This document shows, piece by piece, positions 1 to 12,648 of a stretch of DNA of 64,000 nt. The first letter of the stretch is position 1. Every line of letters starts with the position of its first letter. The notes under the pieces are model-generated. The model worked only from the letters and a program-made list of their open reading frames with translations, did no database searches and was not told where the DNA came from. The stretch comes from Mobula hypostoma (lineage: Eukaryota), in assembly GCF_963921235.1 (NCBI RefSeq), contig NC_086118.1, positions 27,282,001-27,346,000 of the forward strand. The letters are read 5' to 3'. The translations under genes were made by a program, and so were the position numbers.

Positions 1-39
1 GCACTGTGGTTCAGAAGAGAAGAGAGGTGAAGAGGACTG

Positions 40-542
40 AAGTAGTGATAGGAGATTCCATAGTTAGAGGAATAGAGACGAGATTCTATCGATGCAATAG
101 AGACCCCTGGAGAGTATGTTGACTCCCAGGTGCCAGGTGCCAGGGTCAGGGATGTCACGGAATGGGTCCACAACATTCTGAAGTGGGGGGAGCAGTGAGC
201 ACCTAGAAGCCTTGGAACATATTGGAACCAATGACATAGGTAGGAAATTGAGCAGAATCTGAGTAGCTCAGTAGAAAGCTGAAAAGCAGGACCACCAGGG
301 TACTAATGTCTGGATTGTTGCTTGTGCCACGTGCCAGTGAAGGTAAGTACAGGAGCATTAGGCAGATAAAGGTGTGGCTGAGGAACTGGTGCAAGGGGCA
401 TGGGTTCAGATTTCTTGATCATTGGGATTTCTTCTTGGGAAGGGATGACCCATACGAAAGAGACGGGTTACACATGAACCTGGGGGGAGCCAATATCCTT
501 GTGGACAGGTTGGCTAGAGTTGTTTGGGAGGGTTTAAACTAA
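40..542 (+). pseudogene. CR1 ORF1 SGNH/GDSL esterase domain (disrupted)
   Basis: GDS, GTND and DGLH blocks of the SGNH hydrolase fold, known from CR1 ORF1p; stop at 540-542 after VVWEGLN. Confidence 0.85.
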
Positions 543-1889
543 TTTGACAGGAGGATGGGATCTGGAGTGATAGGGTTGGGGTTGGGGCAGTTGTTTCATA
601 AATGGAGGCAGTATGTCGTGAGACTGCTAGCAAGGACAAGCTGATGATGGGGCTAAACCGCAGTCAGTGGGATAAGTAGAAGTGTAACAAGGGGGCAAAA
701 TCAAAAAGGGTGATGAATAGAGGACTGAAGGTGTTATATTTGAATGCACACAGTCTATGGAATAAGGTAGATCATAGTGTAGTACAATTAGAGATTGGCA
801 GGTATGATGTGGTATGTTGGCTGAAAGAAGATATTAGTTAGGAGCTTAACAGTCAACGATACACTTTGTATCAAAAGGACAGGAAGGTCAGCATAGGGGG
901 TGGGGTCGCTCCGTTGGTAGAAAATGAAATTGAATCCTTAGAAAAAAGTGTCATAGGATTGGAAGCTGTAGCAGCCTTGTGGTTAAGATAAGAAATGGCA
1001 AGAGTGAAAAAGACCCTGATGGGAGCTATATGCAGACCTCCAAACAATAACAAAGATGCAGTCTACAAATTACAATTGGAGATAGAAAATGCATGTCAAA
1101 AGGACAATATTACGGTTGTCAAGGGGATTTCAATATGCAGGTAAGTTGGGAAAGTCAGAATGGTGCTGGATAACAAGAGGGAGAATTTGTATAATGTCTA
1201 CAAAATTGCTTTTAGAGCAGCTCGTGGCTGAGCCCACTAGGGGGTCAGCTATGCAGGATTGGGTGTTGTGTACTGGAATTGATTAGAGAGCTTATGTATA
1301 AGGGGAAGTTATTATAATATGATAGAATTCACCCTGCAGCTTGAGAAGGAAAACCTAAAGTCAGCTGTTTCAGTATTACAGTGGAGTAAATGGAATTATA
1401 GAAGCATGAAAGAGGAGTTGCCAAAACTGATTGGAAGGGGACACTAGCAGAGATGATGACAGAACAGCAATAGCTGGAATTTGAGGGAGTAATCTGGAAG
1501 GTGTAGGGTAGATACATTCAAAAGAAGAAGTTGCTTTCTAAAGGCAGGAAGATGCAACTGTGGCTGACAAGAGAAGTCAAGCCAACATAAAAGTCAGAGA
1601 GGGCACATAATAGTGAAAAAATTAGTGGGAAGTTAGAGGATTGGGAAACTTTAAAAACCCAACAGAAGGCAACTAATATGTTATAAAGAGGGAAAACCTG
1701 GAATATGAATGTAAGCTAGCTGATAATATTAAAGAGGATATCAAAAGTTTCTTCAGAGATATAAAAGAGTAAACGAGAAGTGAGAGTAGATATTGGACTG
1801 TTGTAAAATAATGCTGAAGAGGTAGTAATGGGGGAGATAGAAATGGCAGATGAACTGAATAAGTATTTTGCATCAGTCTTCATTGTGGA

Positions 1890-2205
1890 GTGGGCATGTG
1901 GCCAAGTGGTTAAGGCGTTGGACTAGCTACCTGAAGGTCGTGAGTTCGAGCTCCAGCCGAGGGAATGTGTTGTGTCCTTGAGCAAGGCACTTAATCACAT
2001 ATTGCTCTGCAACGATACTGGTGCCAAGCTGTATGGTTCCTAATGCCCTTCCCTTGGACAACATCGGTGTTGTGGAGAGGGGAGACTTGCAGCATCGGCA
2101 ACTGCTGGTCTTCCATACAACCTTGCCCAGGCCTGTGCCCTGGAGAGTGAAGACCTTCCAGGCACAGATCCATGGTCTCGCAAGACTAACAGATGCCTTT
2201 TTTTC
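1890..2205 (+). mobile_element. tRNA-derived SINE with CORE-like segment, inserted in CR1
   Basis: Pol III A box tggccaagtgg and B box gagttcgagctcc; gtgtccttgagcaaggcacttaa resembles the CORE domain; T-rich tail; perfect 10-bp TSD tcattgtgga at 1880-1889 and 2206-2215. Confidence 0.88.
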
Positions 2206-5200
2206 TCATTGTGGAAGACACTAACAGAGTGTCGGGGCAGAAGTGAGTGTAATTGCTATTACTAAGGAGAAAGTGCTAAGGAAGCTGAAAGCTCTGAGGT
2301 AGATAAATCACAGGACTAGATGATCTACACCTCAGGATTCTGTAAGAGGTGCTGAAGAGATTGTGCAGGTATTAGTAATGATCTTTCAAGAATCAGTTGT
2401 TCTGGAATGGTTCTGGAGAACTGGAAAATTGCATATGTCCCTCCATTCTTCAAGAAGGCAGAGAGACATAAAAAAAGAAATTATAGGCCTGTTAGTCAAT
2501 GGATGGTATGATGTTGGAGTCCATTATTAAGGATGAAGTTACAGGGTAAATAGAGACATGAGATAAAGTAGGCTAAAGTCAGCATGGTTTCCTTTATGGG
2601 AAATCTTGCCTGACTGGTCTGTTGGAAATCTTTGAGGAAATAGCAAGCAGGATGGACAAAGAAGAATTGGTGGATGTCGTGTATTTAGATTCTTAGAAGG
2701 CTTTTGATGAGGTGCTGCACTTGAGGCTGTGTAGCAAGTTAAGAGCCTCTGATATTGCAGGAAAGATACTAGCATGGATAGATTAGTAGGAGGCAAAGAC
2801 TGAGAATAAAGGGAGCCTTTTCTGGTTGGCCGCCGGTTACAAGTAGTGTTTCACAGAGGTCTGTTTTAGGACTGTTTCTTTTCCCATTTCCTGTTAATAC
2901 AATATCTGTTGGATGATGGAATTGATGACGTTGTGGCCATGTTTGTGGACGATAGGAAGATAGGAGGAGGGGCAGGAAATTTTGAGGAAGCAGGGAGGCT
3001 GCAAAAGGACTTCGACAGATCAGGAGAATGGGCAAAGAAGTGGCAGATGGAATGCAATGTTGGGAAGTGTATGATCATGCATTTTGGTAGAAGAAATAAA
3101 AGTGTAGACTATTTTCTAAATGGAGAGAAAATTTAAAAATCCAAGGTGCAAAGGGACTTGGGAGTCCTAGTGCAGGATTTCCTAAAGGTTAATTTGCAGG
3201 TTGAGTCAGTGGTGAAGAAGGTAAATGGAACATTAGCATTCATTTCAAAGGGACTAGAGTATAAAAGGAAGGTTGTAATGTTGAGGCTTAATAAGGCACT
3301 GGTAAGGCCCCTCTTGGAGTATTGTGAGCAGCCTTGGGCCTCCTATCTAATAAAAGATGTGTAGACATTAGAGAGGGTTCAAAGGAAGTTCATGAAAATG
3401 ATTCCTGGATTGAAAATCTTGTCATATGGGTAGTGTTTGATGGCTCTGCCCCTCTACTCGCTGGAATTCAGAAGAACGAGGGGTGACCTTATTGAAACCT
3501 ATTGAGTGTTGAAAGACCTTAATAGAGTGGATATGGAGAGGATGTTTCCTATGGTGGGCGAGTCTAGGACCATAGAGCAGAGGCTCAGAATAGAGGGATG
3601 CCCATTTAGTACAGAGATGAGAGGAATTTCTTTAATCAAAGAGTGGTGAATATGTGGAATTCATTGCCACAGGTTGTGGTCAAGACACTGGGTATATTAA
3701 AGGCAGAGTTTGGTTAGTCAGGGCATGAGGGTTATGGGGAGGATGCAGGAGGTTGGGACTGAGAGGGAAACGATGAAATTGCAGAGCAGACTTGATGGGC
3801 CAAGGACCTAATTCTGCTCCTATAGCTTATAGTCTAGTGAAGCTTTTAATTTGTTTTTACAATAGAAAATTAAGATAAGAGACAGTTTTGTACTGTTGTC
3901 ATCCTGATTACAAAATGATTGATAAATACGAAAGGGAAAGAGATGTCCTTTGTTAAGCTACTAAACCCCTGATGTGATTTTCAGGCTGGTCTTTGATAGG
4001 CTACCCAGCTTTTTTTTTACAACAGGCAGTTAGGGGGTTAACTAGTGCTATTTGAGGTCAGACCATTTTTAGCGGAGAGTATTTCATTAGAATCTTGTGA
4101 AATGCCATTTGATGCTTGTAGGTAAATAGTGGTATTGTTCTCCTCTTTCGCTGCCAGCTCATGTCATGTTTTGTTCTTATAGTTGATGGATTTTTATAAA
4201 TTTTGATTTAGTGGTTGCTTGTTCTTTCTCTGAGGTTTGGGCAGCTTGCCATTTTCTTTATACTTCCAGCTAAACCTAGTAATGAGGTGGGTTTACTGGG
4301 GAAGCAAATGTATGAATACAAACAAATGTCCAGGACTTCATAAATGTTTTGAATGCAGACAACAATTGTCTCCAAGATCAATTTAATAATTTGCTGCTTT
4401 AAACATGAAGTCATTCTTTGAACATATTGGAATTTCGCATGTTGAATATATAATGACACCATAATTGCATTTTATGCATTCCTTTTACCAACTAAGCAAT
4501 AATTTATCTCCCAAAAAATTACATTTTGATGTAGGTGTGCCAGACTTAAATATGGCTTTTATTAAGGGTAGTGGTTTGCAAAGGGCAATCAAAAACATTA
4601 TTGAAGATCATTTGAGAAATCTTTCTATTTCTCGGTAGGCAAAAGCAGCTCCAGAACCTGATTATAGGCAGAAGGAGCCTATTAAGTAATTTCTTTTGTG
4701 GAATTGGAGATAACTAAGCCAGACAACAGAAGTAACAGCCTCTTGAGATGCTGGGTCCAGAATTCTAACTCTGCTACTTTCTCAGCATTAAAACTGAGTT
4801 TGCGATCTTCTTAATGCCATTTTAACAATTTCTTTTGAATGTTTTCAAATAGTGTGAGTGTAAGTTCCAAAGAACCTCCAGTGGGCTTAATTTGGGGTAA
4901 AATTTCTCACTTTAGTAATGCTTTCCTCACAGCTCTGAATCCACTTGGTGGCCCTTAAATGGTCACTCCACAATAGAGGCTGCATATTAAGGAAGTATTA
5001 TCAAGGAATTAGTGCATGATTCAATGACTGGAGGATGGACAGGAGGCTGTTACAAATCATCCTGAGGATGGAGAGGCTTTCTGGAGATCAGGGCAAAAGA
5101 ATCAGCGTAGAATTATGAAGAATGGTACTTGAAAACCTGGCCTTCTACTGAAAGAACACTGCCAGGAAGCTGTCCATAATGAATGACTGCATACTTCAGT

Positions 5201-5649
5201 GAAGTAACCCTCCTGGATATGAATGCAAAACTTACAGTTAATTACCTTACTTAAAAGCTATGTCTCAGAGGCAGACTGTCTGTGCTGGATGTCCTAAATT
5301 GCCTGGGAACTAACTTTTTGAGAACTATTGAAGCAGTTCTTGCAAGAGCTGTGAACGCCTGTTTGTGAGTGAGACATACCGGGAATAAGAAAAGCATCCA
5401 GGTTTGGATTTTTGGCATTGGGTTCCACTGCATACATGATTTTCCATCCCTTAATGTGCTAAATATATGGAAAAATATCACATACAACTTAAGTTCTTAA
5501 TTTTGTTGTGTCTTGCCATGACTTGACAGTGAATTGCCTATTACCTCTGAAGCATTTTCTGTTTCCATTGTTTTGTAATCTACAATTTACAGATGTTTTC
5601 ATGGTTAAAATTTAGAAGAACCTTTGTATCACTTGAAATGACTGGTTCA

Positions 5650-6072
5650 TCTGCAACTCATTGAACTGAAACGTGAGAACCTAGAGTCCAGAGGCCCCTC
5701 ATTGGCTAGTCTGGGGGCCGATACTGAAGATCAGAGGTTAAAGGTCAATTGAAAGCTGAAGTCTAATGGCCAGAGTCTAGAGACCCAGAAGTCTGTCCTG
5801 GAGTTGGAGTACTCCCCGTGTGCATGGATGGGAGGGAAGATACAATGGAAGAAGGGGGCTTGTTTTGTTGTTGCTTGCTGTGTTCTGTTTTGTTGTGTTC
5901 TATGTTATTCCACTGAGCATTGTGGGCATGCTGTGTTGGCGCCAGAATGTGTGGTGACACTTGCAGGCTGCTCCCAGTAAGACTTTAGGTGTGTTGGTTG
6001 TTAACACAAAAAAAAACACATTTCACTGTATACAGCATTTCTATGTACTTAAGATAAATAACTCTGAATCTG
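5650..6072 (+). mobile_element. Non-autonomous retroposon-like repeat (family unassigned)
   Basis: GT-rich body ending in gataaataactctgaatctga, a polyA-signal-like motif plus short (TCTGAA) tail like those of LINE-mobilised elements elsewhere in the window. Confidence 0.5.
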
Positions 6073-6378
6073 ACTGTTAATAATATTGAACAGTCCAGTT
6101 TAAAAACTTAATCTCTACTGTTTTGATGAAAACTAAACTGCAACCTGAAAATATTTCCTCCTAATGTTAATATTAAACTAACTTGCCAGTGGGATGGGAA
6201 CCAGAGTGATAGGGCTGAGGATGGGGCAGTTGGTATACAAATTCTTCTCACTGCACTCATTGTGTAAAATCAAAAAGGGTGATGAATACAGGACTGAAGA
6301 TGTTATATTTGAATGTATGCGGTATATTGAATAAGGTAGATGATCTTGTAGCACAGTTAGAGGTCGGCAGGTATGATG

Positions 6379-6898
6379 AATAAACTCTTCTCGGGCTTCC
6401 AGCCGGGTACAGGTATCAATTGTAACTGATGCTTCGATGACAAATCCTGCCATCTTCATCAGGGATAATGTCTGGTCATGCCTAGTCCGATGGTAGTTAT
6501 ACTCCCATAGTCCATCCCTCCTGTTTGATTAGTCCTTTTCTCATCAGGTTTCTGTGCTCTCTCCTCTAGTTCTTACATAGAGTGAGACCTTTGTCTTTGT
6601 CAAAATTCTTTTCCTTTAATAAAGAAAAAGGTTCCGTTCTAAGTAAGAACTAGAATTTGATGGTAAAAAGGAGGGAGAGCAGAAACCTGATTGGATGAGG
6701 ACTAACCAGTCAGGAAGGACGGACAATGGGCGTATGAAGACCACTGGACTAGACATGCCCAGGCATCATCCCCGATGAAGATGGCTGAGTTTGTCATCGA
6801 AACGTTGGTTATAATTGATATCTGCACCCAGCAGGAAGCTTGAGAAGCTTGAAGCTTCATCATATATGCCAGAAAAGCACTAGATCCTTATTTTTTGA
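6379..6898. mobile_element. Penelope-like element remnant (Penelope/Poseidon-type) arranged as a ~490-nt foldback
   Basis: Arms ~6374-6598 and ~6621-6862 are imperfect reverse complements; inner ends encode NFDKDKGLTLCKN* (-) and NKEKGSVLSKN* (+), resembling the PLE endonuclease C-terminus; each arm has a hammerhead-like motif; 11-bp direct repeat caggtatgatg at 6368-6378 and 6899-6909. Confidence 0.75.
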
Positions 6899-7132
6899 CA
6901 GGTATGATGTTGTGGGCATACTAAGTCAAGGCTGAAAGAAGATCATATGTAACTGGGAGCTTAACATTCAAGAATACACATTGTATTGAAAGGAGATGCT
7001 GGTAGGTGGAGGTGTGGCTCTGTCAGTAAAAAACGAAATCAAGTTCTTAGAAAGAGGTGACATAGGAATGGAAGATGTAGAATCCATGTGGATAGAGCTA
7101 AGAATCTGCATGAGTAAATAGACCCTGATAGG

Positions 7133-7921
7133 TAGGTTCAATAGGTGGTACATTTAATGTCAGAGAAATGTATATAATCGGGAGGAGAAGATGGCAGCAA
7201 AATGATGTCGTATCTGTTAAATAGAGGCCGTGGACAATTTCTGATTTGATGGAGATAGACATGAAAGCACAGAGGAACATCTGGAGAAATTTCTGAAACG
7301 CCCATCCGCTGCTGTCGTTATTGTGTGGTTGGGAATCTGTTGGAGGGTAGGCCTCAAAATCCCCGGCCTTGCCTGCTTTTGGCGACTGAGAAAGAGGTCG
7401 AATCGCTCGGACAAAGATGGCGCTCAGTACTCAGTGTCGGAGAGCTGATCGGAGCTCGAAGTTTTCGGATGACTCAGAGTCGAATTGTGGTCGGCATGGC
7501 AGGGAGAGTTTTTCTTCCCTCTCCCTCTCCCGTCTGCATGAGATGTGGGATATTTGAGAAACTTTGAACTTTACTGTGCTCACGGACTTTCTTCATCAAG
7601 TTATGGTATACCTTGTTCTGTATTCTCCTGCAATGCCTCAGTCAGGGGCACCAGCCTAGAATCAGTCTGTCTCCAGAGCCACGAAAATTCGGCACCCTGA
7701 AGGGGCACTAGACTTCCAGACTGTGTCCTTGGGATTTAAAAAAGCTGAAACCCTGAGAGCGGGTCCCATTCCCTCAAAGAACCAAAGTCAGAGTGTAACT
7801 CCAGGTCAGGGTCTTCAAAAGAACCTTGAAAGGAAAAGAAGAGATATCAAAGATAGAAATAGAGCTGTTTCTGAAGATGCAAGCAAAGGAGTTGCCGTTT
7901 AGCGCCATAACTTCACCCCGC
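7133..7921. mobile_element. Two nested non-autonomous repeats (minus-strand element ~7133-7178 + ~7611-7921 interrupted by a plus-strand element ~7179-7610)
   Basis: Interrupts the CR1 APE reading between gaccctgata and ggagttata; 7133-7175 is the reverse complement of a 3' tail (atacatttctctgacattaaatgtacc...attgaacc) similar to the tail at ~58075-58114. Confidence 0.55.
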
Positions 7922-8549
7922 GGAGTTATATACAGCCCGCTGAACAGTAGTGAGATGTGGGAAATAAATTACAATGGGAGATAGAAAAGGCATGTAAAAA
8001 AGGACAATATTACAATAATCATGGGGGATTTCAATATGCAGATAGATTGGAAAAATCACATTGGTGCTTGATCCCAAGAGAAGCAATTTGCAGTATGTGT
8101 GCGAGATGGCATTTTAGAGAAGCTTGTGGCTGAGCCCACTAGAGGGAAGCCAATTCTGGATTTTGTGTTGTGTAATGAACCAGATTTGATTAGGGAGCTT
8201 AAGGTAAAGGAATCTTTAGGAAGCAGTGATCATAATATGATAGAATTCACACTATAAGTTTTGAGGGAGAAGGTAAAGTCAGATGCATTAGTATTACAGT
8301 GGAGTAAAAGGAATTCCAGAGGCCTAAAAGTGGAGCTGGCCAAAATTAATTGGAAGGGGACACTATCAGGGATGATGGCAGAACAAGAGTGGCTGGAGTT
8401 TCTGTGGCCAATTCGCAAAGTGCAGGATAGATGCATTGCAAGGATGAAGAAGTATTCTATGGCTGACAAAGGAGGTCAAAGACAATATAAAAGCAAAAAA
8501 GAGGGCATATAATTCAGAAAAAATCATGGGAAGGTAAAGGATTCTAATG

Positions 8550-8853
8550 TGTTCTGGCTTCTGGAGGTGCAGTTTGTTTGATAAACAGTTCATTTTGCAT
8601 GAACATCACTTCCCATGCGTAAGCTCTTTTTTACATAATTTCCTGCGTGGGTTAATTTGAATTTCCACTTGTAGCATACAGTTGAAAGACATCTACCTCC
8701 ATCCACTCTGTATTTGCCCTTGTAACAGCTATATATTTTCACATATTAAGATCATCTTAAAAACCCTGAAGGAAGCTTCCATCTTCAGTGATTTTTAAGA
8801 AGGTGTTTAACTCACTGCACAGCTTTCTATATCTGTTCTGTGTGGGCAGAAGA
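8550..8853 (+). repeat. BEL/Pao 5' LTR
   Basis: Aligns by eye with 12340-12648 (shared blocks agttcattttgcatgaacatcacttcc, cttaaaaaccctga, agaaggtgtttaactcactgc). Confidence 0.85.
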
Positions 8854-11800
8854 GTGAAAAGATAACCCACCTTCAAATGCATTGCCTGCAGACTGGAGAC
8901 GCAACTAAACGCTGTATATGACAATGTCAGCTTCCGACCGAAGCAACGTTGATCACCGAGACCTGGAAGTCATTTCAGAATATGCTGCATCGATCGTGTC
9001 TTCACGACTCTCAGATAAATCCACGATTACCATAGCTGCAGCATGAGCCTGTGGCAGATTTGAAGTGGCAAAACTGAGAGAGGTCTATGCCAAACACTAA
9101 GTTGAGACGCAAAAGGAGAAAACTTGCAAAGACATGGAGAAAGCTCACGTAGGCATGGAGAGAGCATGTGTAAAGGCTACATTAGGTGCGCTCAAGGAAG
9201 GGAGTAAAGCTGAGGCTGCCTCAGCAGAGGCAAAGGTGTATGAAGAAGCAGCTGTCTTAGACAGTAGTGAGTCTGCAACTAAAATCAACAATGCTTTGCT
9301 GTCGCAACAACCAATGCAGTTTACTAAAGAATATTTCCAAATGCGTTTTGGTTATAAAAAAGATATTGCTTCCTCTCTACAAGGAGAATATATCCATACC
9401 ATGCAGCCAACGTGCCTTTCACATACATAGTTCAGGTCTTGACATTCAAGATCTACAGCAGCAAAGACTTACAACACCCTCTTTTGCAAAAGATCTCAGT
9501 CAATAGTTGCTACTGATGTCGGTCCCATCTGCATAGACATGGACAAACTGAATTTCCATCCATCCCAGGACCTACATTTGTCAAGCCCTCATTCAGAGCT
9601 GCAGGTGCATTAAATTTGACTTGGTGTCTGGCTCGTTGAGACCTTGTCATAGCAGGACTAAAAGTTTTTGACAACCAGTCTGCCAGTTATCTGTCCTGAA
9701 AGTTAAGCTTTTGCATTGCCATAGAAGGACTAAGTATCAAACCTAGCAAAGAGCTAGATCGTCTCTGTAAGTGGCTTGATGGGGAGTCACTGCAACATGA
9801 AATAAATGATTGGGAGTGCCCATGAACAATCCAGCTACAGGGTTACCAGTGCAATGGCAGAGGCTGGACAAAGGCTACAGCTTTCCAGAAACAATCAAAG
9901 AATCTCTCTTCAACAGACTTGATCATTTTTCAAAGCTCTCACACAAAGAACCATGGAAGGTACTGGATTACAGATCTGTTGTCCGAACTGCAAATTACAA
10001 AAAACAAGGGCAACCTACCAGGACTGAGCTTCTTGGACACTGCAAGAGGAATAAACCAATCGTGGAGAAACTATTGAACAACATGCAAGAACAGTGGGTG
10101 ACTGAAGGGCTCGAGTATAAAGCGATACATCATGTCCATTATCCACCATTTTTATTCTTTGTGCAATTCGTCTGCTGCCATGCAGAAATATGCAATGGAC
10201 CTAGTTTTATGCTCTCAAGTTCTGGTAACACCCCATTCAGAGAGAAGTCATAGAGTCATAGAAAAGTACAGCACAGAAACAGGTATTTTGACCCACCTAG
10301 TCCATGCTGACCCATTTAAACTCCTACTCCCATCAAAAGAGAACGGAAAGCAGCAAAAGCATGGAAGACTTAAACCCCTACCATGGTCAGCAAAACTGAG
10401 GCAGAATACTCATTCATGAACCCCAACAGACAATGCCCAGTTCAGTAAAACCAACCCCCTTAAGGAAATCCAGGCAATTCAGAGAAGAACCACTTGCAGG
10501 CTGGCGACACTTACTGAAAGAGCACTCAAGATGTTTCAAATATTGTGCCTCAACAGAGCATGAAGCAAAAGACAGTAAAGCTATCACACACTGTACTGAG
10601 TGTGACAGTGACCGGCACGTGTCAGCCCTTCATTCAGGGCCAGCGCCCTGGGTAGACACTGGTTCCAGCACGCTTGCAGCAGAGCACAGCGGGGAGACAA
10701 CTGAGCATCCATCAGATGTGGCTACTTCTTCATGCACAGAGGTATGTGGAAAGGGCTTCCAAGGCAAATTCTGCTGTGAAGTATTTCTGGTCAAATCTAA
10801 CTGGAAGGACATCTTGGGCAAAAAATAAAGGCGTATGTGATATTAGATGATCAGAGCATCGTGTCAATGACAAAATCAGCATTCTTTGACTCATTCACTG
10901 TTCAAAGTTCCACTCTCCATATACTCTAATGACATGTTCTGGAACACCAGAACTTGCAGGAAGAAGAACCCGTGGGGTGTGTCATAGAGTCAATAAGAGG
11001 GGAGGTCAGCTTACCCTTGTCAACCCTCATTGAGTGCAACCATATTCCCAACAACAGGGATGAAATCCCAACTCCTGAAGCTGCATGCATTCAGTCACAT
11101 CTCAAGGCCATAGCTGACAAGAACGCCCCCCCCCCCACTTGACCCTCCCGCTGAGATTCTCTTGTTGCTTGGCAGAGACACTCTCTGTGCACATAAGTTA
11201 CATGAACAACGAACTGGTCGGCACAATGCTCCTTATTCCCATTCCCCGTGAGAGCAGCGGCTGTATGCAAGAGAAGACTGTCGGTCAGAAAACCAAGCCT
11301 CCTGATATACCTAACTCTGCTCAACCAGATTTAGGCAAGTTTGTCTTCTGACACTCAGACGATGATTATAAGCTGCAGATTCCATCGAAGATGAGGTCTT
11401 CCTTCGAATCATGAACAAAGAGTTCAACAAATACTAGTTGGGCAACTCTTCCAATTTGGTCACCATGACAACTCCTACCATACAACAGAGAGCAGGCCCT
11501 TAGCTGACTCGTGTCCCTCAGTTGTACATTGAGAAAGAAGTCATAAATGAAAGGTCATTATGCAGAGTTCATGGAGAGACTTTTCAGGAACAATTGTGTT
11601 GAGGTAGTGCCTCCAACATATCCCAACAAAGAAAACTGCCCAACTTGGGTGTTTACCATCCCCAGAGACTTCCTCAAATATGAATTGTATTTGGTTCAAG
11701 TGCACAGTTCAAAGGTGTATCATTGAAAAATGTGCTCTTGTGGGATCCAGGCCTCAATAACAGTCTGCTCAGCATCCGCGTGCGCTTCAGAACTGAGTCC

Positions 11801-12339
11801 ATCACAGTGATGACAGACATTAAACAAGTGTTCCACAACTTTGTGGAGAAAGAAGATCATTGAGACTACCTCAGACTGTCGTGGTTTCGTGACCATCAAC
11901 TGAATATCAATATTCCGGAGTACTGCATGAGAGTTCACGTATTTGGTAAATAGCCCTCACCAGCTATGACAATCTATGGCTTTAAGAGGACAGCTATCAA
12001 GGGAGAAAAGGAATTTGAGACTGAAATACAGGGGTACTTGAAGGTCACACACCCTGCTGGATATAGTGAAGTTGGATTAATTCTTGGAAAGGCAAAATTT
12101 TCTTCAGAGTAACATCAATTGTCATCCTGGATAAGCACAGTGTCACCTCTCTAGTCATTAGACGTTACCATGAGCATGCCATTGAAGATGACATTTTCGA
12201 AGTGAGAACAGTTAAAGACTTGTGTAGCAAGACTGTTTTCAAGACTAATCTCTGAGACCATCCTTTTTCTGTCAAAGACTTAATTTGACATTTAGCTTCA
12301 GTAATTAAGTTTGACATCCTATCAATGCCAAATGGGGAG

Positions 12340-12648
12340 TGTTCTGGCTTGTAGAGGTGCAGTTTATTTTGTATAAAGTTCATTTTGCATGAACATCACT
12401 TCCTGTATGGACTGTAAGTGGCTTCTTATATAATTTCCTGCTTGGGTTAATTTGGATTTCAACTTTGAAGCATGTGGTAGAAAGACATTTATCTCCAGCT
12501 ACTCTTTATTTGCCCTTGAAATTGCAATATCTTTCCATAAGTAAAATCTCCTTAAAAACCCTGACGGGAGTTTCTGTCTCAGGTGATTTTTTTTAGAAGG
12601 TGTTTAACTCACTGCGTGATATTGTATATCTGCATTGCGAGGGTAACA
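12340..12648 (+). repeat. BEL/Pao 3' LTR
   Basis: TG...CA termini (tgttc...taaca), preceded by a polypurine tract; host CR1 resumes immediately after. Confidence 0.88.

Larger units (their letters stand above)
1..3838 (+). mobile_element. Decayed near-full-length CR1-clade LINE (ORF1 esterase, ORF2 APE endonuclease + RT, 3' tail), 5' end outside window
   Basis: ORF1 motifs VVIGDSIVRG (~42-70), HIGTND (~218-235), RDGLHMN (~460-480); ORF2 start GLKVLYLNAHSLWNKV (~722); RT-region ORFs 2909-3136 (FVDDRKIGG, EWAKKWQMECNVGKC) and 3146-3364 (RDLGVLV, ALVRPLLEYC); CR1-type 3' end ttctgctcctatagcttatagtct. Many stops and frameshifts. Confidence 0.92.
8550..12648 (+). mobile_element. BEL/Pao LTR retrotransposon, decayed and internally deleted
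   Basis: Direct LTRs starting tgttctggctt; gag zinc knuckles CFKYCASTEH...CTECDSDRH (ORF 10433-10828); protease AYVILDDQS (~10831-10857); RT remnants ~11650-11990; PPT aatggggag immediately before the 3' LTR; most of RNase H/integrase missing. Confidence 0.88.
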
